This document shows, in pieces, positions 40,418 through 53,600 of a DNA stretch of 64,000 bases; position 1 is the first letter of the stretch, and every line of letters begins with the position of its first letter. This DNA comes from Camelus dromedarius. Taxonomy: Eukaryota. Made by a program: the position numbers and the translations under genes. Below the pieces are notes generated by a model. That model did not search any database and was not told where the DNA came from. It saw only the letters and a list, made by a program, of their open reading frames with translations. Where the stretch lies: contig NC_087436.1 of assembly GCF_036321535.1 (NCBI RefSeq), positions 45,944,001-46,008,000 on the forward strand, written 5' to 3'.

Positions 40418-41637
40418 AAGACTCGGAAGTCCTCTTGATCCATATTTCTTTTCTCTTTTTTTCTGTACATCAGTGTCATTCTGCTTTACTGCCACAAAAT
40501 GATGTGCACTGCTTCCTGGTCCTCATGGTAGAAAATGATCATTACCCGATAGCTCCAAGCGTACAACTCCACTATTCAAAAAAGCAGCCAGCAGAGACAG
40601 CAATCCTACTCCCAGTTCCAAATTCCTCAGTCAGGTGACCAGCTGAATGACAGTCATGCCTACTAAGATGGCCAACTCTGCTGTAACCATGTATTTAAGA
40701 GTAAGGAGAAAGCGAGAGGACTAGCAGAGACCACAAAGGTGTTTTCTAAAGTTTCAAAACCAAGAGCGTTACTATGCTAAAATATAACAGTAATAGTTTA
40801 AATTGTCACTGTTCTACCCATAAAAGACTTTTTCTGAGATCTAATATCTCTAAATAAGCAGAATAATTATAACTATCAAGATATTTCATCCTAATTCAGT
40901 TTCAAAGATAATATAATTTCTCTGCAAGAGAGGTTAGGCTTGGACGTTTCCACATAATTGCAGACATCACAACGGCTGATTACAAAGCTTAGTCGCTGGC
41001 ACAAACTCAGACTTCACTAATTAAATGGCGGCACAATCCCACTAAGTAGAATAAACTAATTAAACAAAACTGCCTGGATTTATTACAAAGCGAATTTTAT
41101 ATGCGAAGAAGGGCTACGGCCTGTCAGCAGCACATCCACGCTGAGGCTCTAACCGACAAGCTACGAGCAGCACGCCTGGGTGGCCTCCAGGCGACACCTC
41201 CCAGCAAACATTCTAAACCCAAACCTTCACAGAAAGATTAAAGATATCATGTAAACAAAAGGCCAAAACACAAACCACCCCAACTAAATGGTTAATACAC
41301 TACCAACAACCCAAAGCCTTTTCTTGGTGGGACGACAGACGGTAAGGGGCGGGCAGTGAGGGATGTACAGCAAGCAGTTGATCAGTTTTTAGCTGTTTGG
41401 GTTGATCAGTCCTCAGACTGCAGCAGTCCCTGGCTTTGTGATGGGTGTCAAGACTGTGCACCTGAGGGGCCGCACAGAACACCAGAGATGAAAGGAACCT
41501 CAGAGGTCACCTCAGCCGACCTCACATTTTGACCTGGACCCAACCCAGGCTCCAACCACCCCTACTTAAGCCTACTTCTTGGCTTCTCCATCATCCTCTC
41601 TACTCAGTCTAGCTTCCTCATACACTTAAAAATCTCA

Positions 41638-41640
<3 letters not shown>

Positions 41641-41672
<32 letters not shown>
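41641..41672 (+). repeat. Poly-T32
   Basis: 32 consecutive T residues. Confidence 0.95.
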
Positions 41673-41677
<5 letters not shown>

Positions 41678-42189
41678 CTCTCTGCCATATCTGTTCCCGT
41701 TTGGGTTGGATTCTCTGTTTCTAGAACAGTCAAGTTCCCCGATTTCTGGTCTAGACTATAGCACTGTATTCAAAATTACCACTCCTTTACCAGTGCCCCA
41801 GCCAGTCTGGTCTGCCTCCCATCTCACCTTGGCCTGACCCAGGAGTGCAGCTGCCACTTCCAAGCCTCACTCCTCCTGTGATGGTTATCAATTTACTGCC
41901 CGTAAGCTCCAAATCCACCCTTTTCCACTGCTTGGTGAAAATGGATCTGGGTTCTCTAAGTATTTTTCCTTTGCTGCTTGGCACTAAAATTTTGTCGGTA
42001 GGGGGCACTGAAGAGACACTGAAGAAAAGGGGTTTTGCTTCCTGTTTCTGGTGTCTTCACCAAGCAGGCTCCTGGAGCAGAGAAGGCATCTCCAGCACCA
42101 GAGGATTCTCCGGTGCTGCTCTAGCTTCTGCCTGAGTTTGTCTAGTAACCTAAGAGTCTTGCATTTAAGGAGAAGTCTCTCCAGGCTCT

Positions 42190-43500
42190 TCAGTAAATGT
42201 TGCTGGGAAAACTAGAACATGTTAAACAGTGAAATTAGAACACTTTCTCACAGCATAAAAAAAAAAAACTCAAAATTGGTAAAAGACCTAAATGTAAGGC
42301 TGGAAAACATAAAACTCCTAGAAGAAAACACAGGCGGTACATTCTTTGACAAAGTGTTAGCAGTATTTTTTTGGATCTGTCTCCTCAGGCAAGGAAAACA
42401 AAAGCAAAAATAAACAAATGAGACCTAATCAAACATAAAAGCTTCTGCATAGTGAAGGAAACTATCACCGAAATGAAAGACAACCTACTGACTGGGAGAA
42501 GATATTTGAAAATATGACCAGTAAGAGGTCAATATCCAAAATATACAAAGAACTCATACAACTCAATTATCAAAAAAAACCAAACAATCTGATTTTAAAG
42601 TGCGCAGAAGACCTGAATAGACATTTTTCCAAAGAAGACATACAAATGGGCAACAGGCACATGAAAAGATGCTCACCACCACGAATCATCAAAGAAATGA
42701 AAATCAAAACCAGAATGAGATATCACCTCACACACCTGTCAGAATGGCCATCATTAGAAAGACAACAAATAATAAATGTTGGCAAGGATGTGAAGAAAAG
42801 GGAGCTCTAGCCCACTGTTGGTGGGAATGTAAATTGGTGCCAGCCACTATGGAAAACAGTTTGGACATTCTTTAAAAAATTTAAAATAGACCTATCATAT
42901 GATCCAGCAATTCTACTCCTGGATATATATCTGAAGAAAACAAAAACACTAATTTGAAAACATATATGCACTCTAATGTTCACAGCAGCATTATTTATAA
43001 CAGCTGAGACGTGGAAGCAGCCTAAGTGTCCATCAACAGATGACCAGATAAAAGATGTGGTATGTATATACAATGGAATACTACTCAGTCATAAAGAATG
43101 AAATTTTGCCACTTGCCACAACATGGATGGACCTGGAGGGCATTATGTTTAGTGAAGTTAAGTCAGAGGAAAAACAAATACTGTATGTTTTCACTTACAC
43201 GTGGAATCTAAAAAATAAAACAAATGAATACAACACAGAAACAGACTTGCAGATACAGAGAACTAGTGGTTACTACTGGAGAGAAGGGTTGTGGGGAGAC
43301 ACAAGACAAGGAAAGGGGATTAAGAGGTATAAACTACTAGGTATAAAATAAGATACAAAGATGTAAAGTACAGCACAGGGGATACAGCCAATATTTTATA
43401 ATACCTTTAAATGGAGTATTATCTATAAAAATATCAAATCGCTATGTTGTACACTTGAAACTAATATTGTAAATCAACTATACTTCAATTTTTTAAAAAG
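42190..43500 (+). mobile_element. LINE-1 3' fragment (ORF2 C-terminus and 3' UTR), degraded
   Basis: Broken ORF2-like peptides ([50 protein letters not shown]) and the L1 3' end tgtaaatcaactatacttcaatt. Confidence 0.92.
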
Positions 43501-43880
43501 CAGTCTATGCACTGGCAAACAGGCAGAATATACATATAGTTTCTTAAACTGAGCTGAACTCTGCCTACCAATGCTGCCCAATCTTAGGAGTGATTTCCTT
43601 GCTCTGAAGCAACACAGAATGATAACTTTCTTTCACATGGTACCTTCTCAGATGTTTGAAAATATTTTGCTTCTTTATCTTTTCACAGGATTAAAAATGT
43701 CCAGCCCCTTTAATCATCTTCAATGTAAATTATTAACATCTTAATCGCCCTCTAAATGCACCTCTGTCCCAGCAGTTTGTCAGCATCCCTTCTAAAGCAC
43801 TGTCCCAATGACAAGACACAAGGCCCTGATGCAGTCTGACAAGCGTGGTGCAATGTAACAGGAGTATCACTTGCTGTGAT

Positions 43881-43957
43881 TTTTTTTTTTTCATGGCGGT
43901 GCTGGGGATTGAACCCAGGACCTCATGCATGCTAAACAATGAACTATACCTCCCCCA
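43881..43957 (-). mobile_element. tRNA-derived SINE (Vic-1-like), internally deleted
   Basis: Reverse-complement B-box ggggattgaacccagg. TSD atcacttgctgtgat (43866-43880) / atcacttgttgtgat (43958-43972). Confidence 0.88.
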
Positions 43958-45429
43958 ATCACTTGTTGTGATTAAGATTCTGCAAACTCCCTCCAATGAG
44001 TTAGGAGCCGTACTAGCGTTCTGGAAAGTCGGTGTTCAGAGGTGGCTTGTGGGTCAACTGCAACGCCCAGATCCCTTGCACACAACTGCCTACCAGGCGG
44101 GATTTGCTCGTCTTCCACTTTTCTGTCCCCACCAGGAGAGACTGCCTTCTCGCACTGCTGAATTGTTTTTTTTTCCTACTACATTTAAAGCAATGGTTGA
44201 TACATGCTTACGAAGCCCAGATTAATCTGCTGCAGTAGAGATTGAGAAAAAAGCCTCCAGAAAGACACTTCCACAGGACCTAGGCTGATCTTTTATGTTT
44301 GGACATAGCCAGGCCCAGGCCCAGGCCCAGTTCATAGTATCATAATATGTTCATACTGGTGACATTATATATTCCCAACTACACACACATTTAACATATG
44401 TTTTTTTATATGTTACCTAATATATATATATATAATAGCCCTTTGGTCATCTCTTTCACTGGAGCCTGATTTAATGTTGCATGGACAACACAGTGTACAA
44501 GTTCAAGGAATATAGAGGTATCTACGGCAATCCAGCCACTTCATTATATAAAACAACAACTATATTGAAGTGCATGAAAAACAAGAAGAAAGGAAAACAC
44601 TTCTAATATTTCAAAGTCAATCAAAATTATGCACTTAAGACTGATCAACAGTGATATCCAAGCCTCATCAATTAAAATTAAAAACCTTGTGTATAAGCCA
44701 AAAAGATGTGACTAATAATGTGGTAAGGAGACATTATACAAGGTCACAAGGTCATGCTAGTAAATCTCTTTCTGAATATGCTCTGAACTATAGCAGATCA
44801 GTCTTGGTATTACGTTATATAGTAAGACACATTTTATTCAAAGACATACAGTTAGCATCTTTCAACCATCCTAAGTATCTGTTTAAGATTTCTCTGTTTT
44901 TAGACCATACTTACAATAGGCTAGCCTACAAAATGCCACTAAATTCATATGCTAGCTATGATACCTTTATAACTTTTACTACCGCTCCTTTACTATTAAT
45001 CACCACAATTCCTCTAAAGGAAGTCCTTCCGCAAGACCACATCGTCAGCATCTTCTCTCAAAAATACTTTTTTTCCTCCTTATGTCATTGCATAAACTTG
45101 AATTCTGGCTTCAAATCCTAACTGAATCATTAGAATTTATTTCTCTTCCTTAGCTTGGAGTGAACAAGTGAGACCACACCCTTTCCTATTAAGTTACAGC
45201 CCCGAGGGCAGCTTATAATGAACCCAGTGAGGTGTCAGATGTTCCTGTTCTAGCCCAAATTAAAAATGCTGAATTTCCACCATTTTCTTTTTAAGTTTTC
45301 CAGGGAGAAATAAAGTTTCCCTGTCAATCTCTCCTGCTGAGGAGCACATGCAAACGAAGCACAACAGAGCCGTGGAAATTGAGTGGCCACAAAAAGCAAA
45401 ACTGTTCTGTTTCCGGCCAAGGGGGCTGC

Positions 45430-45870
45430 AATAGAACAGCTAAATGTCCACTAAAATCCTTTCTCCCTTCTTCCACGGTTGTCAAGTTTTCACTGGAATG
45501 TGGCCCCCAGCCAGGACTACATCTCTCAGCCCCTGTTCAGCTCAACGTGGTCCCCTGACCCAGTCAATGAAATATTCACTGGAACGTGAGCACAAGTGTT
45601 GTGTGACATTGCCAAGCCTAGCCCATAACACTTTGCAAGCCTTAAAAAACCCTTCCATGCTCTTGTGAATTTGAAAGCCCTGTGTTGAAGATGATGGCGG
45701 CACCGGCCAGCTTAGGGTCCCTGGGTGACTGTGTGGAGCAGAGCTACAGCTCACCTGAAAAGCTGACCTCAGAACCATTTCCTGAGAGACGGAAAACTGA
45801 CTTAAAGAATACAGATGTTTAATTACTGCTGGGTCTTTTGTTTCAGCAGCACAGTTCTAATCAACAGATA
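45430..45870 (+). mobile_element. Old MaLR LTR (MLT1G/H/J class)
   Basis: cccttcttcca...tggcccccagccaggactacatctctcagcc...tgttgaagatgatggc...cagcttagggtccctgggtgactgtgtggagcag. Confidence 0.6.
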
Positions 45871-46441
45871 TAATAGAAAATTCATTTTTAAAAAGGTTTG
45901 GGGAAGGAAAAGGGAAGAAAAACATGCACTGACTGTAAGCTATAAAGCTGGGTTCCAATGAAAGAGAAATGATGTCCGTGGTTTAATAATTCCAGAGAGA
46001 AATAACCTAGAAGAATAAACGCCTGGCCAACACACTGCCTCTTGAACATCACTCACCAAGTCCTCAACTTTTCACCCATCATGTCACCTCCCCCACAGGA
46101 ATGAGGATGAACCACAGGACTCTGACTTGTCCCCTGATTTCAGGCAGCAGCTCCTTATCTCAGTCCCAGCTGTCCATGCTCCTCCTGCTCTCACCTGCCA
46201 GGCACCGTGGCCTCACAGTTAGGTACAAGTCTAAACATGGAAAACTGCTGACGTTCCTAGACGTCTTCCCATTCTTCCCCTTGTCTTTCCCTTGGACCAG
46301 TTCCTGTTATTCCAGCTCCAGGTAAGGTGACCATGACTTTGTGATCGGCCCTTATTTATGTATTCACTTCTCATCCCACTGTAAATCCAGATGCATCTTC
46401 TATCGCTATTGCCAAAATCTTCATATAGAGTCTACAGACCA

Positions 46442-46657
46442 CAGGTTGGCAAACTATGGCCTATGGGCCAAATCTGGCCTATCGCCATTTTTGTAAATAA
46501 AATTTACTAGAACATAGCCATGCCCATTGATTAATGTATTGTCTATAACTGCTTCTGCACTACAGTGGCAGCACTGAGTAGTTGTAACAGAAACCACAGG
46601 TCACAAAGCTTAAAATGTTTACCATCTGGACCTTTACAGAAGTTTACCAACACCACT
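46442..46657 (+). mobile_element. MER58A hAT MITE
   Basis: caggttggcaaactatggcctatgggccaaatctggcc...tttaccatctggacctttacagaagtttaccaac. Confidence 0.85.
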
Positions 46658-46959
46658 ACAGACCAACACCAGTTCTTATATCTTCTTATACCTCATGATT
46701 TAGCACCACTACAAGCACCTGTACTAGCAGAATAGGGAATACCAAAGAAATATATATATACACATATATATGCCCAAAGATAAAATACATGCTCTTAAGG
46801 AGTTATAAGTGTACAGAGAAAAAATATATTCATATATTCACGCGGGAAGGCAGGCATGCTGATAATATACACAAAAAGCCCTAATAAAAGGGAGTCTACA
46901 AGTGCCAAACAAGTAGTAAAATGAGCAAAGTATAGGCAGACAGGAAGGACAGATAGGGA

Positions 46960-48280
46960 AAAAAATGGGGAGAGGACCTGACCATACATTTCTCCAAAGA
47001 AGACATATAGATGGCCAACAGGTATGTGAGAAGGTACTCAACATCACTAATCAGAGAAATGAAAATCAAAACCACAATGATGCATCACCTCATATTTGTT
47101 TGAGGTTTGGCTATATTCAAAAAGGCAAGAAATAACAAGTATTAGTAAGGACGGAGTGAAAAGGGAACCCTTGTGCACTGTTGGTGGGAATGTAAATTGG
47201 TTCAGCTACTATGGAAAACAGTAGGGAGATTCCTCAAGAAATTAAAAATAGAACTACCATATGGTCTAGCAATTCCATTTCTGGGAAGTAGAAATGAAAA
47301 CACTATCTGTTATGACATCTGCACCCCCATGTTGACTACAGCACTACTTACAAGAGCCAAGACAGGAAAACCACATTAGTGTCCAGCAATGGATGAACGG
47401 ATAAGGGCAATACGGTGTATACATACACAATGGAATATTATTCGGCCATAAAAAGAAGGAAATCCTGCCATTTGAGGGGTGGGTGAAACACATGAAGGAG
47501 GTCAAAAGGTACAAACTTCTAGTTATAAAGTAAGTGAATCTTGGGGATGTAATTTATAGCATGGTGGCTATAGCTAATAATACTGCATTGTATAGCCAAG
47601 ACATGGAAGCAACCTAAGTGTCCATCAAAAAATGACTGAATAAAGAAGATGTGGTATATATATATACAAGGGAATACTACTCAGCTATAAAGAATGAAAT
47701 ATTGCCATTTGCAACAACATGGGTTGACCTAGAGATTATTATACTAAGTGAAGTAAGTCAAAAAGAGAAAGATGATTATATGGTATCATTTATATGTGGA
47801 ATCAACTAATACAAATGAATTTATTTACAAAATAGAAACAGACTCACAGACATAGAAAACAAACCAAAGGGGAAAGGTGGAGCATAAATTAGGAGCACAG
47901 GATTAACAGACACACTATTATATATGAAATACATAAACAAGGATTTACTGTCTAGCACAGGAAACTAAATTCACTATCTTCTATTACCCTATAAAGAATC
48001 AGAAAAATATATATATAACTGAATTACTTTGCTGTATACCTGAAACTAACACAATATTGTAAATCAACTATACTTCAATAAAAAAATACTGCACTGTATT
48101 TGAGAACTGCTAAGAGTAAGTCCTAAAAGTTCTCATCACATGAAACGAAATTATAACTATGTGTGGTGATGGTTTGTGATGATCTTTTCATAACATACGA
48201 AAACCAAACAATTATGCTGTGTACCTGAAACTAATATAATGTATTATGGCAATTATATCTCAGTGTAAAGAAAAAAAGAA
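46960..48280 (+). mobile_element. LINE-1 3' fragment containing a nested younger L1 3' end (47594-48084)
   Basis: ORF2 C-terminal motifs ([16 protein letters not shown]). The outer 3' UTR is interrupted, with TSD aatactgcattgtat (47579-47593) / aatactgcactgtat (48085-48099). Confidence 0.88.
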
Positions 48281-48589
48281 GATGGTTCTCATCTAGTAAC
48301 CAAGACAGGTTTTATTTATGAAGCCATGAAGTCAAAGATGGACTTTTAACCAGGAATAAAACACATGCATAGCAGGTGGAGATGGCTCTATAAAACACAT
48401 TCTATCCATGCATTGGTCATTTTTCAGTTTCAGGTTTCAACCATGGGTAACCATGCTTGGGGCTTCTGCAGCAGTGCTTTCTGAGAGCCTCCAATAGCAT
48501 CGGTCTCATCATCTCTCTGGTTCTTCTACTTCTTTTCTGGCTCCTCTGCTTGACTCTCTCCTCTCAGACTTCTGGTTGGGCTGCTCTTT

Positions 48590-48975
48590 CCTTGGACAGG
48601 ATAAGGCACAAGCTAAGCTGCTGTAACAAAGAGACCCCAAAACACATGGGACTGGAGAGAGATGTTTGCTTTTCTAGTAGGTAGGCAGTTGAGGGTGAGT
48701 AAGAGGACATTACTGCCATCCAGGGGTCCAGGTCCCCTCTATCTGGTTGTTCCACCATCACCGACAGGGTTGTATGCTTCCACAGGGTCCAGGCTAGCTC
48801 ACCCCTTCCACGTCTATATTCTAGCCCAATGGGAGGGAGAAAATGGTAGAAGAGAGAAGTCAGTTTCTTAATTAAAGATGTGAACCCGAAGTTACACTTC
48901 TATGCCATGTGGGATTATCCAGAACTTGGTCACATACTGGCTCAGAGGAGGCTGAAGAATGCAGCATTAGGAATG
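48590..48975 (-). mobile_element. Old MaLR LTR (MLT1J class)
   Basis: ctaagctgctgtaacaaagagacccc...cagaacttggtcacat...aggaggctgaagaatgcag. Confidence 0.55.
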
Positions 48976-50515
48976 GTCCAATACACTTGCCAGAGTGGCA
49001 TGATTAGTTAGGCCTGAGGAAACAGGCGAGGAAGTAAGAGGATTTCATGTGTTTTTCAACATAATCCATCCCCAACCTAATTTTTTAATGCAGTGTTCTC
49101 CAAAATTGCATCCTGTGCACCACTTTTCTGGGAGAAGTTATTAGGACTGTTGTGGAATAACAGAGGTCCGTGATCAGCCTTCCCACTCTGAGACTGTGCT
49201 GATGCCCATGAGCAGAGGTGTGTAGTGAAGGAACCATTTAACGTGGTATGGCTTAGCCCAGAATTCTTCAAACTTGTAAGGACAGAGAATTTGTTTTTCT
49301 GTAACATCACAGGAATCAATGTTCTGCAGGATATCAGTCTGAGATACAGAGTTTAATAAACACAATTACTGTAAGGTTTTAAAATGAAGTCTAAAATTCT
49401 AATCCAAGTCAAATCAAGGACCACCTTTCACAGAGAATACTCCCTGCAGCCCGATCAGAGTGCCTACTGGACCTCCAACCCCCTTCAGATTCCACTCTCT
49501 GTGCTTATACCCTTTCTTCCTTCTCCAAACGTGCCTGCTAAACCCTTCCCTATCCTGCTCTCAGAGCTCAGAAATCTCACCTCTTTTCATCTTTTCAATT
49601 TCTAATGATGTTTTTTCTCTGAATTCTTTTAGTATCATCTCTGATGTTTGACTTACCAGCCAACTAGTGAATGAACACATCTCTCTTTTACACGTAGGTA
49701 CCTAGTCTTCCATGTAACATATAAGGATCTTCTCTGCGAGGTTTCAGACCTAGCATAAACCACCACAACTCCTCCGCTGAGATCTCAGGACTTAGATAAG
49801 AGTGAAAACCCACTTTAGGGACAAGGGAAGAATGGGCAACAAAAATGGGACAGACCAGGACTCAGCTATGAAAGACCAAAAGTGAGAGAAGTGGCATCTA
49901 CATACATCTCAGAGTAAACTAACCTAACCCCAGGATGGGGAAAACAGAGGCCAAACTTTCAGCTAAAACACTTTTAGGAATCAAGCCAGAAGCAGCTCTT
50001 GGAGCTGGGGAGGGTGATGGCAGCACAAGCAGCAACAGCAGGAACCGTGGGGCCGTTCTGTTCATCCACTCGGCCCCCGAAGTCCAGGAGTATGGGGACA
50101 ATGGCATGAACCTTCTAGAGTCATAAAAAGTCTATTCAAAGACTCAGATTCTAGGCTGTATAAGTAAAACAGATGAATGGCAACCACTGTCCAGGGTTAT
50201 CTATCCAGCACTTGAACATTTAACAGCACTTAACAAATTCTGCTACATATCCTGAAGGGACTCCCTAAACTGCCCCCAGGCACGAAGACCAATGGATGAT
50301 AATCTTACTCACAGCAACTCCAAGCTCCAAAGGAGTATGCCCCACTTCTGAATGGTAATGGGGGCCTTGTAATAGGAAAGGGTCTGCATGTTTCTTAATG
50401 TCAAAAATTATATTCCTTTTTTTTTTTTGAGGGGGCAGGGTTTTCAAAAAGGTTAATCTTCTATTTTGCCCAGGAATTGTATTTTACAAATAAACATGTT
50501 TATAATTGATTTTTT

Positions 50516-50655
50516 CAAACTTTTTTTTCTTATTTAAAAAAAGTTTAATTTTATTTCTTTTTTTTCCTCCTTAATGGAGGCACTGTGGATTGAACCCAGG
50601 ACATCATACACACTAATAAGCACATGCTCTACCAATGAGCTATACCGCCTACTCC
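50516..50655 (-). mobile_element. tRNA-derived SINE (Vic-1-like)
   Basis: Reverse-complement head with a T-rich tail. TSD tataattgattttt at 50501 and 50656. Confidence 0.85.
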
Positions 50656-53600
50656 TATAATTGATTTTTAAATTACTGTTCTAAATTATGTAAGTTTTAA
50701 TGATTAAGCTTTTAGTATCAACACTAGTAATTTTTGGCAGTCACAAAACAGCACTTCACAAAACTAAAACCAACATGATCTAATACTTTGAGAATTCCAT
50801 TTAGGAAAGTCTTGGTAGAGGGAGAAAAGTGTTCCCTTCCCCACAGTCATCCTAAATCACCACCGCACTTTCAGAATAGCCAAGAATACATTTCTATGCC
50901 AAGTGGTCCTTACAGAATTTATGTTTCATTAAATTATGTTGATCATGTCCTTTAAAGATCCTGATGTGAAAGCATATCTGAAATAAAACAAAGAACCAAA
51001 ATACAATGAAGACTACTGCTTTCCTTTAATAGAAAACATGATACATATAAACATTATCTGGATTAACTTTTTAATAATCTTCAGTGATCAAGGCTCATAT
51101 CATGAGAGATAGATAAGAACGCCTCAGGTGTTCCCCCGGCTAGATGGAGTGGAGAGGAGGAAACTGAGAATGTAAGACCTAAAGCGAACACATCATTAAG
51201 GCAGGCTATATAATATTTAGTTCTTTACCATCCATTCTTCCATTCTTTTACCCAACAAGCATTATTATGCACCTACTGTGGAAGGGCAGAGGCCATAAGA
51301 GATGAGGAGAAACAGTTCTGATCACAAAAAGCTGAGAAAATCCAGGTGGGAAAATCACATGAACCCAGTCAACTACAATTCACAGTAGAATGAGATGCTG
51401 CAGATACTGTGGGCGTGAAAAGGACAGTGTAATTAATCCCGCGGGTAGAGGCCAATAGGGACCTCAAACACTGGGGTGGGGTGGGTACTGGGACTCAGAC
51501 TTGGAGGAAGAGTAGAATTCAGGAGGGTGAAGAAGGGAGGATGGGGGGTGGGCAATGCTGCCTGTGAAACATTATAAACACTCACAGGGACATGCAACAA
51601 GAGGAGTTAGCACATGGCGACAGGATCGTGGGACTGGTAGGGCACGGAGTAGAAAGCCGAACTGGAGGGGTGAGGCCAAAGGATTTCTGGATCAGCTGAA
51701 GGTTGTGTTTTAAAGCTTTCTTACCTTAGTTTCACTAATAACAAACCCATAAAAGCATATTTACAAGATCAAAAGAAACCGTACTTTCTCCTGAAAAATG
51801 AAAACTGCTTTATGATACACTGTCTGAGACATTCCCAAAGCAGGGTTGCAGAGATGAGTTATCAAATTACAAAATGTGACAACAAATATCCTCTAGCAAG
51901 GGCTTAGGGATCCAATGCTAGGCTGATCTGTTTGCACTTACCTTCTGAAACAAATTTTTTTTTCAAGGTTTACAGTCACATTACTGTCAGTCTAATAAAA
52001 ATGCGTGCTTGTATTCCAGCTGCATTACTGGCAGAAAAAGCAGTTATTCACCAACATCTTTTAAAATCCCCTCTTCAGATATCCCACTCATCTACCAGAG
52101 AAACTCATATACCAAAACTAAACAAAATATTTAACAGAAGAGACAACCACACACGGACATACACATACACATAGAGTCAGAAAAACAACAGTGATTCGTC
52201 AAGAAGAATGATAACTCCTTCCTTCCTCCAAACAGAGTTCAGGACATTTATTATTTACTGCTATGCCTAAGAGGTTGAAAATAAGCAAATTCATCTTTAG
52301 GTCCCAGAAATGCAATTTGAGCAAGGCACTCATTATAAAGAACGCCCCTATTACAACAAAATAATTGGGAGTTCTCAGTGGAGTTAAATATATTAGGATT
52401 ACCACCTGGGTCCACAGCAGTTTTATAAACCAAACCATCTATTCAATCTGGTAAGCATCCTAAGACCTTCAGGTGGAACTCATACTCACCATGTGACCCT
52501 TGCCAATCTTAGAGACTTTTTCCTCCCTTAATTTTGCCACAATAAAGCTTTGTGCAGCTGTCAGTTTTTTGTCAATGTTTTATGTCACTTCTCGTTTCTG
52601 CTCACAGGCCATGAAAATTTCAGCTCCTGCTCCATCTCTTGCCTCTCTTTTCACTGCTCCCTATTTCTTGCCCTCAGATCTACTCAGAGAAATTCTCTTC
52701 AAGGGACTTGGTTTACAGTGGAGATTTCACACATCTCTTCTCACAATATTGTGAATCCTAGATAGAGTCCCAATCATCCCCTAAAGAGCTGCCAAAAAAA
52801 AGCTGGACTCATGCTTTCTACTCTCTTTATGATGCACCTGTAAGCTAAGGGGAAAATGATGTAAAATAAAAGAACACCAATTTATGAGTTAATTTAAACA
52901 GGGAAACTCAGAATAAAGAGATTTAACGGGCCTTAGTAGTTGACCCAAACTCTACTTTTACTCAGCTGAGGACAGCGGAGGTAGCAAGGAAATAGTAACA
53001 TTTAGGACAGGTGAGGGTAGGAGGAATGAAAATGTGAGAGAAGAGCAAACAACTTCAGGACCACCATCTTTAAGAGACAACCGTGTTTGTCAAGCATATC
53101 TCAGTAGTAGATTCTTACAGCAACTCAATTCAACGCAGTCAGTATATGTGGCGAACTTTCTACAGGTGAAGCCCCAAGGAGGCTGTGTCAATGTGGAGGC
53201 TGCTTTGCCCCACTTCCACCGTTAACTACTCAGATTGGATTTGTTCCAACACCAAAGAGCTGATTTTTGAAATTTAACAAACCCTTACCTATGCACCACT
53301 CTTTCCAATTGAAAGATGATTACAGAAAAATGGGTGATGATATGAATGGAGGGAGAAACAAAGGCGGAGATGAAACCACGTGCATGGTAAACACAGAAAA
53401 TGCACGTCATAAGGTCTTTCACATCTGTTACCAGGTGGGTTGAAAATCTGACCCTAAGCTTTCCGGCAGCCAGTGCATAAGAGACCACCACTGGCTGTTA
53501 ACCTCAGTCTGAACAGTAAACCCAGCACCTGCCGGAGAAACCCAATGATTCTAAGACTAAAGCTAGACAGCAGTTTCTCCCATGGGTCCTCATTAAGGGC

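Noticed and set aside
42219..43351. ORFs similar to the C-terminus of L1 ORF2
   Set aside because: Frameshifted, 5'-truncated L1 remnant; neither a host gene nor an active element.
51473..51492. G4 motif GGGGTGGGGTGGGTACTGGG (another at ~22258-22292)
   Set aside because: Isolated motifs within or near decayed repeats; such motifs are common and nothing here suggests function.
52485..52525. Minus-strand donor ATG|GTGAGT preceded by EKVSKIGKGHM (kinase G-loop look-alike)
   Set aside because: No acceptor or pyrimidine tract upstream, and the GxGxxG motif is incomplete; likely chance.
53289..53424. Possible minus-strand exon (donor TAG|GTAAGG)
   Set aside because: Weak acceptor and no recognisable coding content.
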